This document shows, piece after piece, positions 40,738 to 51,113 of a stretch of 64,000 bases of DNA (within the stretch, counting starts at the first letter, position 1; each line of letters opens with the position of its first letter). The notes under the pieces are model-generated. The model worked only from the letters and a program-made list of their open reading frames with translations, was not told the DNA's origin and ran no database searches. Both the position numbers and the translations under genes were made by a program. The stretch spans positions 864,001 to 928,000 of the forward strand of contig OY970065.1 in NCBI GenBank assembly GCA_963705295.1, given 5' to 3'. The DNA comes from Parachlamydiales bacterium (GTDB lineage: Bacteria > Chlamydiota > Chlamydiia > Chlamydiales > Rhabdochlamydiaceae).

Positions 40738-41705
40738 GGAGCATCCGCAGGGACGACGCGGTAAATCGCTTTTTCGTCCGAGTTAATTAGCTGTGTCATG
40801 ACATAGGTTTTCCCTGATCGGACCTTGATTTTCCACTGTTGAATTGCATTCTTAGCATGGGCGTTAAAATCACAATCGGGTACCGACTCAAACGAATTGT
40901 ATCGATAGAGATTATAAGGTGTATTGATTTTGAGACCAGAAACAATGATTTTCAAAATAATTGGACTTGGATGGGGTCTCACGGAAGATCCATTTTCTAT
41001 TTCAGGTTTTTCATAATTGATATTGGTTTCTAATCTCACGGGCAGAGTGTCTCCATCACGATCCATCACTCCGGTGATGGCAATCCCATGATTGGGGACT
41101 CGATCCGGAAGGGAATAGATGTGTCCTTTTTTTGCATTGGCTTGGCGTCGATCGGCTTGAAACTCCTTAAAATGGTAATGGAACAGAAACGGGGGATGTT
41201 TCGGATCACCCCAAAGTCCGTTGTCACTAAAGAAAAGGATGTCATTAGACTCAATTCCTGTTACGGACACGATGTGATCGTAGGTGGGGTCTCCGGCATT
41301 TGGGTTTTTGTTATGGTAGAATCGGTATTCATTGGTATAGACTCCGATCGCAACGGGATACCGTTTGATGACATTCTTTTTTACCCAAGCTAAAAATTCT
41401 GGAGCATTTTTCTCGCTCCATGGGATCGATTTTAAATGCATTTTGCTGGCAGCATATTGGTCGTTGACACCAAGAAGTAATTGACATGCGGGTTGGGGAG
41501 CATCATTGCAGGCAATGGCTCTCGCATCGTATTGAGAGACATACTGCCCGTAATAAAGACCTGCGCTGATCAGACAAACTTCCCCGCAATATCCGGAATT
41601 TTCATTCCATTCCAGTCTTGGAGGGATATCGTTATGAACTGATTTGGACGATGCAAAACCGATCGCCGAAAAAAGAAGAGACAAGATCAATACTTTTTTG
41701 TTCAT
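40734..41705 (-). CDS. Exported hypothetical protein with a papain/C39-like Cys-His-Asp pattern
   Basis: Signal peptide, then GYCGEV, YDHIVSVTG and FSDNG. Confidence 0.7.
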   Translation of the reverse strand: MNKKVLILSLLFSAIGFASSKSVHNDIPPRLEWNENSGYCGEVCLISAGLYYGQYVSQYDARAIACNDAPQPACQLLLGVNDQYAASKMHLKSIPWSEKNAPEFLAWVKKNVIKRYPVAIGVYTNEYRFYHNKNPNAGDPTYDHIVSVTGIESNDILFFSDNGLWGDPKHPPFLFHYHFKEFQADRRQANAKKGHIYSLPDRVPNHGIAITGVMDRDGDTLPVRLETNINYEKPEIENGSSVRPHPSPIILKIIVSGLKINTPYNLYRYNSFESVPDCDFNAHAKNAIQQWKIKVRSGKTYVMTQLINSDEKAIYRVVPADAP

Positions 41706-41734
41706 TAAAGCTCCTGTTCGATTATACTCCGGAT

Positions 41735-43069
41735 ATGAAATTTCGAAGTATACTCTTTTTTCTACTATTTTCAACCTATGCTTTATGTAAAGAGCTGGTG
41801 GGGGTATATGCTGTCCATCTTCCGACAGGACGGGTCATCATCGATGAAAACAGTGATCAAAGTCTCATGCCGGCTTCTTGTATGAAAATTATCACCACGG
41901 CTGCAGCTCTTCATCTACTGGGGCCTGACTACCGGTTTCCAACGGATCTTGAATACGATGGGATTTTAGAAGACGGAGTTCTAAGAGGAAATCTTTACAT
42001 CCATGGCGGGGGTGATCCGTGTTTAGGTTCAGAGAGGATTCCATCGTCGCTTTCTTGGCGCGATCAAATCGAATGTTGGGCTAAGGAAGTTCAAAGATTG
42101 GGGGTTCGAAAAATTGAAGGAAGGGTGATTGGCGATGCATCGAGATGGGAAAAAGGGCTCGCAGTTCCTAGTTGGTCTTGGGAAGATCTCGGAAATTATT
42201 ACGGAGCCGGTGCGTGTGCTCTATCTTTCCATGAAAATTCTTACACTCTTTTTTTTGAGCCAGGGAAAAATGTAGGTGAAAATGTCCGTATTTTACGAAT
42301 AGAACCGCAAATCGATGTGACATTTCATAACGAGGTGACGACGGGAGGTATCGGATCAGGGGACCTGGCCTGCATTTTTGGGTCGGAATTCTCTCTGCAT
42401 CAATTTATCCGAGGAACAATCCCTTCGGGGGTGAGTGAATTTGCTATTAAAGGAGCGATTCCAGATCCAGCCGCTGCCTGCGCACAGTTGCTGACTCGGG
42501 CTCTACAGAGAAAAGGAATTCCCGTAGAATCGTGTGACAAGCCCGGCAGTCAGAAAAGAATAACAATACACACAACTTATTCACCTCCATTGAAAGAGAT
42601 TGTGTTCTGGATGAATAAAAAAAGTATTAATTTGTATGCAGAACATTTGGTGAAAAAAATCGGCGAGGTGGTCTCAGGCAATGGCTCGACATATGCTGGT
42701 ACACAGGCGATCATGAACTTTTTAAAATCGCAGAAAATCGATCTCGATGGTTTTAACATGGTTGATGGGAGCGGTCTTTCAAGAAAAAATTTGGTGACTC
42801 CAAAACAGTTTGTGTCGATTTTGACAAAGATGAAACATTCAGAATTTTTCCCTATTTTTCTCCAATCTTTACCTGAAGACAAAGACAAAACCAGAGGAAA
42901 GTCGGGTTCGATGTCCCTCATCAAAGGGTCAGTCGGTTACTCTGGCCACGTTGTTTTCGCCATTCTCATCAATCAATGTACAGACCCCTCCATCATGAAA
43001 AATAAAATCCAAAGTTATCTCTCAAAAATCAATGCCTCCGATCTTCCTAGCCGCGTCTTATCTTACTGA
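41735..43069 (+). CDS. dacB: D-alanyl-D-alanine carboxypeptidase/endopeptidase (PBP4, peptidase S13)
   Basis: PASCMK (SxxK), SIN (SxN), DGSGLSR and KSG. Confidence 0.92.
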   Translation: MKFRSILFFLLFSTYALCKELVGVYAVHLPTGRVIIDENSDQSLMPASCMKIITTAAALHLLGPDYRFPTDLEYDGILEDGVLRGNLYIHGGGDPCLGSERIPSSLSWRDQIECWAKEVQRLGVRKIEGRVIGDASRWEKGLAVPSWSWEDLGNYYGAGACALSFHENSYTLFFEPGKNVGENVRILRIEPQIDVTFHNEVTTGGIGSGDLACIFGSEFSLHQFIRGTIPSGVSEFAIKGAIPDPAAACAQLLTRALQRKGIPVESCDKPGSQKRITIHTTYSPPLKEIVFWMNKKSINLYAEHLVKKIGEVVSGNGSTYAGTQAIMNFLKSQKIDLDGFNMVDGSGLSRKNLVTPKQFVSILTKMKHSEFFPIFLQSLPEDKDKTRGKSGSMSLIKGSVGYSGHVVFAILINQCTDPSIMKNKIQSYLSKINASDLPSRVLSY

Positions 43070-44048
43070 TCCGATCTGCAAGAGCCACGAGTTCTACCGA
43101 AGGATATATGTTGTTAATCATCTCGTGAAGAAGTTCTTTCTTCTCCTTGGAATCATCGCATGTTCTTGCCTGGCTTCTTTAACCACGGCGCCAGGAATTG
43201 CCCTGCGAGGTATTGCCTGTTATTTGCAGAAAAAGCCGTTTACTTGTAGAGAACGAAAAGCTGCTGCTGAAGCAAGTCGGACCTTTTCCTTGCTGTCTTG
43301 GAATATTTGCTGTGTGAATGGTGGTTATCCCATTTCGGATGGGGGTGTGATGCCATGGACCTTTCGGATCGACAAAATCATTCACAAAATTCTGGAAAGG
43401 AATGCCGATGTGAACTGTTTCTATGAGGTTTTTGATATTCAGACAGCTTTGCGTATTTGCAATGCTATGGAACCAAAAGGCTATACCCAATTTTATTTCA
43501 ATATCGGTCCGAAACCCATTGGCGTCTCTTCTGGAATGATGATTGCAAGTCGGTATCGGCTCTACAATCCTGAATTTACTCCTTTTCCACAAGAAACACT
43601 CGTCGGGAGAACGAAGTATGCTGCCAAGGGTGTATTTTCATTTGATGTTGGAAAAGTTGCCCATGTTTGTGCAACGCATCTTCAACATTCTGAGGAACCG
43701 TTTTATCCGACCAAAGAAGAAAAAATAGCTCGGAGAAAACAAATGGAAGTTGTCCTAGAAAAAAAGGCGCCAAATCAGTGCAACATTATTACAGGGGATT
43801 TCAATGAAGAGATTCCAACATCTCGTTTTACGGGAAAAACCTGGGGAGGTGATGCGTTTTGCGCTCAGATGGTTGGGAAAAGAGTTTCTCCTCCCATGAA
43901 TCTGGATGGTACATTGATCATGCATGGAACAATCATTCAAATGTCTCTTGTAGAAACAGGGTACGATGCCACGAGCTTTAAATCGGAAGCTCTATCGGAT
44001 CATGCAGGTCTCTATACGGTTATCGCTTCCGGTGAACAATCAGCGTAA
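43032..44048 (+). CDS. Endonuclease/exonuclease/phosphatase family protein (sphingomyelinase-like)
   Basis: LSWNI, CFYEVF, SSGMMIASR, AAKG, THL, GDFN and SDH. Confidence 0.8.
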   Translation: MPPIFLAASYLTDPICKSHEFYRRIYVVNHLVKKFFLLLGIIACSCLASLTTAPGIALRGIACYLQKKPFTCRERKAAAEASRTFSLLSWNICCVNGGYPISDGGVMPWTFRIDKIIHKILERNADVNCFYEVFDIQTALRICNAMEPKGYTQFYFNIGPKPIGVSSGMMIASRYRLYNPEFTPFPQETLVGRTKYAAKGVFSFDVGKVAHVCATHLQHSEEPFYPTKEEKIARRKQMEVVLEKKAPNQCNIITGDFNEEIPTSRFTGKTWGGDAFCAQMVGKRVSPPMNLDGTLIMHGTIIQMSLVETGYDATSFKSEALSDHAGLYTVIASGEQSA

Positions 44049-44307
44049 CGGCGCCGACAATTGTGAGGACAATCCCGCCAATGATACTTAAAAGAGTCTG
44101 CACATCGTAATCGGCCACTTTTTCTTGAGGCGTTCCCTTGAAGAGTTTGATGATCGGATTCCATAGGGGATTGTGGGTAAAAAAGTTCTTTAAGTCTTCA
44201 ATCAGGCCTTTAGTATGGGCAAAATCCCGTGTTGCATTGACGCCGTGAACAATGAGATAGATCCCAACACCCAAGGCCAAAATGCCTGCCACTTGTTTAA
44301 TTCTCAT
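44020..44307 (-). CDS. Small two-TM membrane protein
   Basis: Two hydrophobic helices, same layout as 52787-53083. Confidence 0.7.
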   Translation of the reverse strand: MRIKQVAGILALGVGIYLIVHGVNATRDFAHTKGLIEDLKNFFTHNPLWNPIIKLFKGTPQEKVADYDVQTLLSIIGGIVLTIVGAVTLIVHRKR

Positions 44308-45386
44308 TTTGTAACATCCTCAAAGACAAATTCTTTTGGTAGAGGGATTTGTCGCATTTTTTCTTTGGAAAAATCGATCTTTTTCAGATCGATCCTTTGT
44401 ATGTGAAGACTATCATAAGTCCGGAAATAAGTTTTAAGATCTGTTCGATCATGGACAATGATCCATTGTGTGGTATCGAGATGCACTGTAGATGGTTTTT
44501 CCTTGGCGGGTTCTTTGATAATGCCTGCAAAAATATCGAAGGTATTGAGGATATGAAACGCTGTTTTGACTCCTTCGACACCTGTAGCTGGTGTGTCAGC
44601 CCAATGAGAAAAGAAGACAGCCCGGATAAATCGAGAGGATGATGTATAATCACCTGGAAGGCCGAGCAGGCCACTTCCTTGTCCATAATTTTTAATTTTC
44701 CAATTGCTGAGGTCGAGCTGAGGAGCATTGTAAGGAGATAAATTCACATAATCTGCTAAATGGTTGAGATGCCAATCAAAGGGTGGAGAGTTGGTCAAAA
44801 CGCCCAGGGGATTATCATAGACATGACGCACTCCTTTCACAAATTCGACAACCATGACATTCCCAAAGTTATCTGCAACATAAAGGTGAAGGGGGATGAC
44901 AAAATGGTGAAAATCGGGAACGGGTTGCTGGGCGATGACAAGAGTGGGTAGCAGTTCTTTGACATCGTGGAGTGTGGCACACGTTGAGAGTAAAAGGGTA
45001 GGAAGTTCCCATATCCCGAGTGTCTGTTCTTGTTTCTGAGGATCGAACGGCTCATAGTGGGCAAATCCAGGAAGATAGAGAAGAGCTGCGACGACTCCTT
45101 TTTCGTTCATTCCATCGGATACTAAAGTTGGAGCGAACGTTTGATTCATTCCGACAAACCCGTATTTGGCTTTCCATTTGAATCCCGGTTTTTCCCGCGG
45201 TGCTGTTCCGGTGTAGGTGGTGGCTCGAGGAACAATTAAGAGCTTCGAGTCCAAAGGGAATCCAAACTCCATTGACCGTCCATAAATCCACGATCCATCG
45301 CCTGCCTTGATTTGGAAGGCTGTGCACCCTTCCACGTTTTCAAAGAAAAAAAAGATGCTAATGAAATAACAGAGAAAAATGCGCAT
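44304..45386 (-). CDS. Choloylglycine hydrolase / penicillin V acylase family Ntn-hydrolase
   Basis: Signal peptide then CTAF nucleophile, GRSMEF, DGMNEKG, LTNSPPF and GLPGDYTSSSRF. Confidence 0.93.
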   Translation of the reverse strand: MRIFLCYFISIFFFFENVEGCTAFQIKAGDGSWIYGRSMEFGFPLDSKLLIVPRATTYTGTAPREKPGFKWKAKYGFVGMNQTFAPTLVSDGMNEKGVVAALLYLPGFAHYEPFDPQKQEQTLGIWELPTLLLSTCATLHDVKELLPTLVIAQQPVPDFHHFVIPLHLYVADNFGNVMVVEFVKGVRHVYDNPLGVLTNSPPFDWHLNHLADYVNLSPYNAPQLDLSNWKIKNYGQGSGLLGLPGDYTSSSRFIRAVFFSHWADTPATGVEGVKTAFHILNTFDIFAGIIKEPAKEKPSTVHLDTTQWIIVHDRTDLKTYFRTYDSLHIQRIDLKKIDFSKEKMRQIPLPKEFVFEDVTK

Positions 45387-46029
45387 GGAGGTCTCGGACA
45401 TAATTTTGAATATTTTCTTGGTTGACTAAGAGGGGAAGCTGATCACTCCACGTTTTGACCGTCTCGTGCGGAACATTGAGAAAGGGGCGGTCTGATTCGG
45501 CCAAGAAGGAAAGGAGCTTGCTCGGTTTTTGATTCAAATATCCCACGACGAAAAGGTGCCATTTTTGAGCTTGGGGAGAAGTGATGCCAAATTCGGTTTC
45601 ATTTTCGTCGATCTGGTAGAAAAGGGGAAGGAAATCGGAAACATCGACTCGATCGTAGAGAATTTCATCTTCGATGAGCTTGAGGAGGGTGGCGTGGTGT
45701 TTTCCTTCAACATCTTTTAAAATATCGTAGATTTTCCACTGGGTGACCAAATTTTCTCGGATTTCATCGACAAAAGAATGGAGTTTCATTCCGGCACGAA
45801 AAGAGGAGGCGCACTCGGAAATATCGGTCAGGGTGAGTCCAAATTCGTGGGTTTCACTCCGCGTCACATTTCCTAAATACCGGATATCTGGAAATACTGT
45901 ACCGACAAGGAAAGCTTTTCTCTCCATTTCGGGATGGTGCGCGAGGTATTCTTCAGCGATTACAAGATGGGTCAAAGGAGCAGCGGCAAACCCCAGGATG
46001 GGAAGTAAAAAAAGGAGAAAAATCAACAT
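45358..46029 (-). CDS. Exported hypothetical protein, zinc-dependent phospholipase C-like
   Basis: THLVIA, GTVFPDIR and GMKLHSFVD. Confidence 0.6.
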   Translation of the reverse strand: MLIFLLFLLPILGFAAAPLTHLVIAEEYLAHHPEMERKAFLVGTVFPDIRYLGNVTRSETHEFGLTLTDISECASSFRAGMKLHSFVDEIRENLVTQWKIYDILKDVEGKHHATLLKLIEDEILYDRVDVSDFLPLFYQIDENETEFGITSPQAQKWHLFVVGYLNQKPSKLLSFLAESDRPFLNVPHETVKTWSDQLPLLVNQENIQNYVRDLHAHFSLLFH

Positions 46030-46057
46030 GGAAAAAATCTAGCATATCCAATAACTA

Positions 46058-46238
46058 TTAACCCGACAAGCAAAAAAGAGACAAGATGCGTAAGCGAACC
46101 CCTGTCAGATCGAAGCGTCAGCGGTCCGACCGACGAGGACCCCATCGATAGGTTAGGGCGATAGGCTAGGCCGAGGAGGAGGATCGATCTGTCAGGGGTG
46201 CAGCCAGCAGGTTGTCTCTTTTTTGCGTGGAGGGTTAA
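46058..46238 (+). repeat. Long-hairpin MITE-like element type A, copy 3
   Basis: Reverse complement of 1550-1730 with only a few substitutions. Confidence 0.95.
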
Positions 46239-46263
46239 TACATTCGAATGTAAAATAGTTTCT

Positions 46264-47538
46264 ATGACATCTCTATCTTATCTTTTAGATCGGTTGGAAC
46301 CACAAATCCCATGGCTCGGTGGTCGGAGATTTGTGGGAAATCAAACCCATGTATGCCTGAATGATCTGGTTCGTCGTTTCATGGAAATCAAGGAAACAGA
46401 TCCACAAAAATTGCGAGAGATTTTGGATAAAATCGATCGTCTCGATCGAAAAGGGAGTGAAGCACTGCGACGAGTCAATTGGGTGACACGGGTTTTGACA
46501 CGGATTCGGCAAATTCTTGGAAACTGGACATTTAAGCGGGAGCCGTTTCTACAGCAAATGGCAATTTCTACTGCAAAACAGCTCGCTAAAACGATGCTCG
46601 AAAAAGAAATCGAATTGGGTTGGTTTTTAGGAAGAAAAATCGTGAGTTATTCTGGTAATGAAGCGAGTTTTAGACTTTCCGATTATCCAAACTTAATTTT
46701 TCATTCGAGTCCAGAAGCCTTGAAAGGGTTACTGCCCCTTTCTGGAAATGAGGCGAGCGAGCATGTTTTTAATCTGATGGTGAATATAAAAGAGGCGTGT
46801 CTTGCCTTGCGCACAAGGCAGGTCGATGTTCCTTCTTCAAGGCTTGTCACACGGATTAGAAATGGAAAAGAAACGACGTTAATTGTGCAAAGATATGACG
46901 AGCCGGGGACTCTACAAGATTTGCCTTATCACGAGTTGGTGGCCGTCATTCAGAAAACAGGATGGAGCGATGTTGTCGGTCATTTAACGTTTTCAGGGAG
47001 TAAAATGTGGGTGATTAATCCCGGGGAGGAGCGGGGGTTTGAAGAGGGGATTTGTGGATGGAAGGGGCTCATCGCCTGGTGTCAGTCGGTCAAACAGATC
47101 GACGGTGTGATTGCTGAAGCGTCCCGGTATCAAAAGCTTCCTTTTGAACAAGCAAAGCAACAAAGAATGCGAGCTCTCGAGCATATCAGAGGATGTCTTC
47201 AATTTTATGAAAGGAAGGGTCTCACCGATCCGTTCAAACCCATTGTTGTCGATGTTGAACAATTGGGATTAAATCTCAATCTGGAAGGGAAAATCACGAT
47301 GCGAGAGCTGGTTTCTCATGTGATTCAACAGATCAATTGGGCGATTGATGCGAGCAAAACAAAGAAGAAATCGATGCAAGAAACACGGTATGTCTCTGTC
47401 AGTGTGTTTGGTGCGGGTGGTTTAAGTCCCTATAATGAACTAGAACCCTGGATTGTGGAGATTTTTAAAGCTCTGCAGCGGAAAGAAGAGATTTTTTCAT
47501 TTGAAAAAAGTGGACCTTTTTATCGAATCCAGGCATGA
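46264..47538 (+). CDS. Hypothetical protein (orphan, effector-like)
   Basis: Long ORF. Start moved to ATG 46264 because the tracked N-terminus derives from the repeat. Confidence 0.75.
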   Translation: MTSLSYLLDRLEPQIPWLGGRRFVGNQTHVCLNDLVRRFMEIKETDPQKLREILDKIDRLDRKGSEALRRVNWVTRVLTRIRQILGNWTFKREPFLQQMAISTAKQLAKTMLEKEIELGWFLGRKIVSYSGNEASFRLSDYPNLIFHSSPEALKGLLPLSGNEASEHVFNLMVNIKEACLALRTRQVDVPSSRLVTRIRNGKETTLIVQRYDEPGTLQDLPYHELVAVIQKTGWSDVVGHLTFSGSKMWVINPGEERGFEEGICGWKGLIAWCQSVKQIDGVIAEASRYQKLPFEQAKQQRMRALEHIRGCLQFYERKGLTDPFKPIVVDVEQLGLNLNLEGKITMRELVSHVIQQINWAIDASKTKKKSMQETRYVSVSVFGAGGLSPYNELEPWIVEIFKALQRKEEIFSFEKSGPFYRIQA

Positions 47539-47546
47539 GGTGAAGG

Positions 47547-48488
47547 ATGCTTGCAGCGTATATCGAATCGTTTGGGCCCATCCGAAAGGTCCAGGTTGGA
47601 GATCTTCCAAAACCGACAATGGAAGAGAATGAGGTTTTAATTAAAGTCGGGTGTGCCGGTGTCAATCCTGTCGATTGGAAGATTGTCGAAGGATTGTTAA
47701 AAACGCGCTTGCCTTTCAAGTTTCCCTTGATTCTCGGATGGGAAGCGGCTGGCACCGTCGAATCGTTGGGGAAAAACGTCAGCTCATTGAAAGTCGGCGA
47801 TGAAGTCTATCTTTATTGCCGCAAACCAACGATGCAATGGGGTAGTTTTGCTGAATATCTCACATACCCTGCAGAGCATGTGGCTCTAAAACCAAAGAAT
47901 CTCTCCATGCTCGAAGCTGCGGTTGTTCCTTTGGCTGGATTAACTGCCTGGCAAGCTCTTTTTGATAAGGTCCATCTCAAAGCCGGCGAAACGGTTTTAA
48001 TCCATGCCGGTGGGGGTGGAGTGGGCGGATTTGCGATCCAATGGGCAAAAATCAAAGGGGCGCGTGTGATCACGACGACAAGTCAGGCTAAGTTCGATTA
48101 TGTGAAACAATTCGGCGCAGATGTTCTCATTGATTACCATTCCAAAGATTTTGTCAAAGAGCTTCAAGGCTCCAAAGTCGATGTTGTTCTCGATCCCTTG
48201 GGTGGAGAGACTTACCGGAAAAGTTTTGACGTCCTTAAAAGGGGTGGGAGGATTGTCAGCCTTTTAGAACAACCCAATCCAGTTTTGGATATCCAATATG
48301 GGGTTAAATCAGAGTATATCTTCATGTCGCCAAGTCAAAAAAATCTCCAAGAAATCGGTCACCTTTTTGAATCAGGTAAAGCCAAGACGCCTCAAATTAA
48401 AGAGTACCCTCTCAAGGAAGTTAGGGAAGCTCTTGAAGAGGTCAAAAAAGGGCATATGACGGGCAAAATTGCGTTACGTATAAGCTGA
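47547..48488 (+). CDS. NADP-dependent oxidoreductase (MDR/quinone reductase-like)
   Basis: AGVNPVDWK, PLAGLTAWQAL, HAGGGGVG and GKI. Confidence 0.92.
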   Translation: MLAAYIESFGPIRKVQVGDLPKPTMEENEVLIKVGCAGVNPVDWKIVEGLLKTRLPFKFPLILGWEAAGTVESLGKNVSSLKVGDEVYLYCRKPTMQWGSFAEYLTYPAEHVALKPKNLSMLEAAVVPLAGLTAWQALFDKVHLKAGETVLIHAGGGGVGGFAIQWAKIKGARVITTTSQAKFDYVKQFGADVLIDYHSKDFVKELQGSKVDVVLDPLGGETYRKSFDVLKRGGRIVSLLEQPNPVLDIQYGVKSEYIFMSPSQKNLQEIGHLFESGKAKTPQIKEYPLKEVREALEEVKKGHMTGKIALRIS

Positions 48489-51113
48489 ATTTAAGAGAAA
48501 GAGGAGTTGTAGCTGGAGAAGGTTTTCTAAAAATGGATGGTCGATAAATTCTCCATACGACCACTGGACTCTGCCAATCAAAGTTTGCAGGGTCACTTCG
48601 TGACGATTGTCGGGATTGTAGCTCCAAAAAATGGGGTATCGAATGGGTGTAAATTTCTGAACACAAAATTCGATTTTGAGATTGCATAGAGAAATGTGTT
48701 TTTTTGCTTTTAGAAGGGTCGCCAGCTCAGGTATTTTCGTTAAGAGATCGTCAGAAAGAGCCGCGGAATTTTCTTTCGCTAAAGCTGCACGATGGAGTGT
48801 CAAAGGGTAAACAACCACTTCATGATCGATGATTTTTTTTGTGTCGTCCGGTTCTAGTAATCGATACGACCGATAAGCCGTTTCGATGTCTTTAACAAAA
48901 AGGGCGCAAGGGTCATCAACGGAGTCTGACATCTGTGACAAAGCAGATCGAAGCTGTTTATTCTCTCGCAAAGTAATAACAGGGATATTCAGGGAAAACT
49001 GACACATCCGTCCGGCAAGGTGAAGAGGATTTAAAACGACGAGTTGGAAAAGGGGAGCTTTTTGAACATCGGAAGGAACTATCCATTGACAGAGCATCAC
49101 CGGGCCAAAGGGGAGATCTGCATTGACTAGAAATAGTGTATTTAGTTGTGGTGAAGGAGACGACAAATGTAATCTTTCATCTTCAATAGAATCGATACTT
49201 AAAAATGGAATCCACGGTTGTGGATCGGGTTGTGTCTTATCGCGAAGCACATGGGCCAATCTTTTTACAAGAGGGTTATCAGCTTCTTCGAGTCCGTTTA
49301 AGGGCGGAAAGGAATAAAAAAGATGGTAGGCCAATTCTTTGCTTAAAGGGGATTTGACGAGTTCTTCAACGTCATAGATCGTTCTAGTAAAATTTCTCAA
49401 CATTTCAAGATCACGAGAGACAAACTGAAGAAATAACCGAAAGGTTTCAGGTTCGGTAAAACGGTATTTATTTCGAAGCCCTCTAGCTCTCTGATTGCAT
49501 TCAATGCCGACCGTCGGATCCAAAGTCTGAGGTATGGGCGGAAGAGGATGAGAGAAAAATTCGATTTTATCTCGTGCTGTGAGCAGAAAACAATCGAGAT
49601 CATCGAGCTCTTTCACGGTTTTATGGGAATATTCTCCTTGAATAAAACGGTGCAAGGCTCTGTAAACAGTATTTCCAGGCATTGGAACTAAGTCTGGACC
49701 TCTAAAAAGAGAAACAAATTCACTGACTTTTTCTTTTTTTCCTTCGGTTTTAATAGAGTAAGCAACTTCGAAAAAAAGAGTGTCGTCGGGTGGGGTTGTT
49801 AAGGGACACAGGTTTCCTATTTCTTTTTGCAAAAACATGAAAATCTCTTCGTAAGATCGGTAGTCCTGGATTGGAATTCGATTCTCTAGAAGGGTCAGGA
49901 GAAATGCATCGAGGTGGAAAATATATTTCTGTTTGAACATGGCGGCAGCAAATGAGACAGCCTCTTGTGGATGTGGATGGTCTTGCAAGAGAAGGAGAAT
50001 TTTCAAGAGAATCTCTCGTGAAAATGTTTGAAGATCTTGAACTTCTTTGACGAGATCGAATCGGATGGATGCGTTACTCTTCGCCAAGGTCTCCCGTGTT
50101 GTAGCATCGGCAAAATAAATCGACTCTAAAACGACACAATCTTGGGAGGCAATTTCTGGACATAGACGGGTGGCCAGGTTAACACACTCTAGAATTTCAT
50201 TAACGACGGTTGATCCATAATGAGTGGGTCCAGTTTGTGGACAAAGAAACATTTCCTGTCTGAGAAGCTCGTTGCCATAGAGTTCTTGTGAGAGAATTTT
50301 TACAATAGAAGCTGGGAGTTTAACACGAACTCTCTTCTCAAATATTTCAATCGTTTTAAGGACAGAATATTGCCGGAATTCACCAGGTGTTTTTTCGTTT
50401 TCTATACCGTTGATTGGATCGAGAGAAAATTTAAAACGGGTTAAAAGCTTCTCTTTCATCGAAGAACGGGTGTTCCAACCCAAGATAAAGGAAAGCCATG
50501 AGACATATTCGCCGTTTAAAATTCCCCAGCCTCGGTGGCAGAAACTTTCGAGCTCGTCCATGTGTTGTTCAGAAATGGTCAGCCAATCTCTTCCTCCTAA
50601 ATAATCGTAGAGTCTTTTTGAAAGTATCAGGGTTCTTTCCTCTAAACCTGTGATATATGCCGGTAGAACGCATTTTGATTTAAAAAATTGTGTTTCGACA
50701 ACGGGCATCGGAAGAGCATAAAGACAAAGGACGATCTCTCGCCGGATAATATCTTCTGCTGTTAGAGATGAAAAAATCGAAAAACTCTTTAATTTAGTCT
50801 GCATTGTAGGAAGAAGCCCGATCTCACGGAGCTCTTTTCCTTCTTTGAGGCCTGTATAAATCTCTTGCCAACAGGCGATTCTAGCGATAAACCTTTTTCT
50901 TAGATCACTATGCCCAATATACCGCTGAACGGTATTTGCCGATAAAACCCCGAAAAACTGAGCCAAAACCAAACCGATTCGTTCTAAAAGGGTATCTCGA
51001 GAACTCACACACGTTCTACGAAGAATCTCTAAATCTTCGGTTTTAAACTCTTCTCTTCTCAAGAGATTCGTTGCATAAATCCCACGCAGAAGGGTTGATT
51101 CCCAACTACTCAC
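48474..51113 (-). CDS. Large hypothetical protein (879 aa)
   Basis: Long ORF with GTGA overlap to the upstream gene and no recognisable motif. Confidence 0.8.
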   Translation of the reverse strand: MSSWESTLLRGIYATNLLRREEFKTEDLEILRRTCVSSRDTLLERIGLVLAQFFGVLSANTVQRYIGHSDLRKRFIARIACWQEIYTGLKEGKELREIGLLPTMQTKLKSFSIFSSLTAEDIIRREIVLCLYALPMPVVETQFFKSKCVLPAYITGLEERTLILSKRLYDYLGGRDWLTISEQHMDELESFCHRGWGILNGEYVSWLSFILGWNTRSSMKEKLLTRFKFSLDPINGIENEKTPGEFRQYSVLKTIEIFEKRVRVKLPASIVKILSQELYGNELLRQEMFLCPQTGPTHYGSTVVNEILECVNLATRLCPEIASQDCVVLESIYFADATTRETLAKSNASIRFDLVKEVQDLQTFSREILLKILLLLQDHPHPQEAVSFAAAMFKQKYIFHLDAFLLTLLENRIPIQDYRSYEEIFMFLQKEIGNLCPLTTPPDDTLFFEVAYSIKTEGKKEKVSEFVSLFRGPDLVPMPGNTVYRALHRFIQGEYSHKTVKELDDLDCFLLTARDKIEFFSHPLPPIPQTLDPTVGIECNQRARGLRNKYRFTEPETFRLFLQFVSRDLEMLRNFTRTIYDVEELVKSPLSKELAYHLFYSFPPLNGLEEADNPLVKRLAHVLRDKTQPDPQPWIPFLSIDSIEDERLHLSSPSPQLNTLFLVNADLPFGPVMLCQWIVPSDVQKAPLFQLVVLNPLHLAGRMCQFSLNIPVITLRENKQLRSALSQMSDSVDDPCALFVKDIETAYRSYRLLEPDDTKKIIDHEVVVYPLTLHRAALAKENSAALSDDLLTKIPELATLLKAKKHISLCNLKIEFCVQKFTPIRYPIFWSYNPDNRHEVTLQTLIGRVQWSYGEFIDHPFLENLLQLQLLFLLNSAYT

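Noticed and set aside
46198..46263. N-terminal extension MQPAGCLFFAWRVN of the tracked 446-aa ORF
   Set aside because: It starts at a GTG inside type A copy 3. ATG 46264 is the more plausible start, although use of the extension is not excluded.
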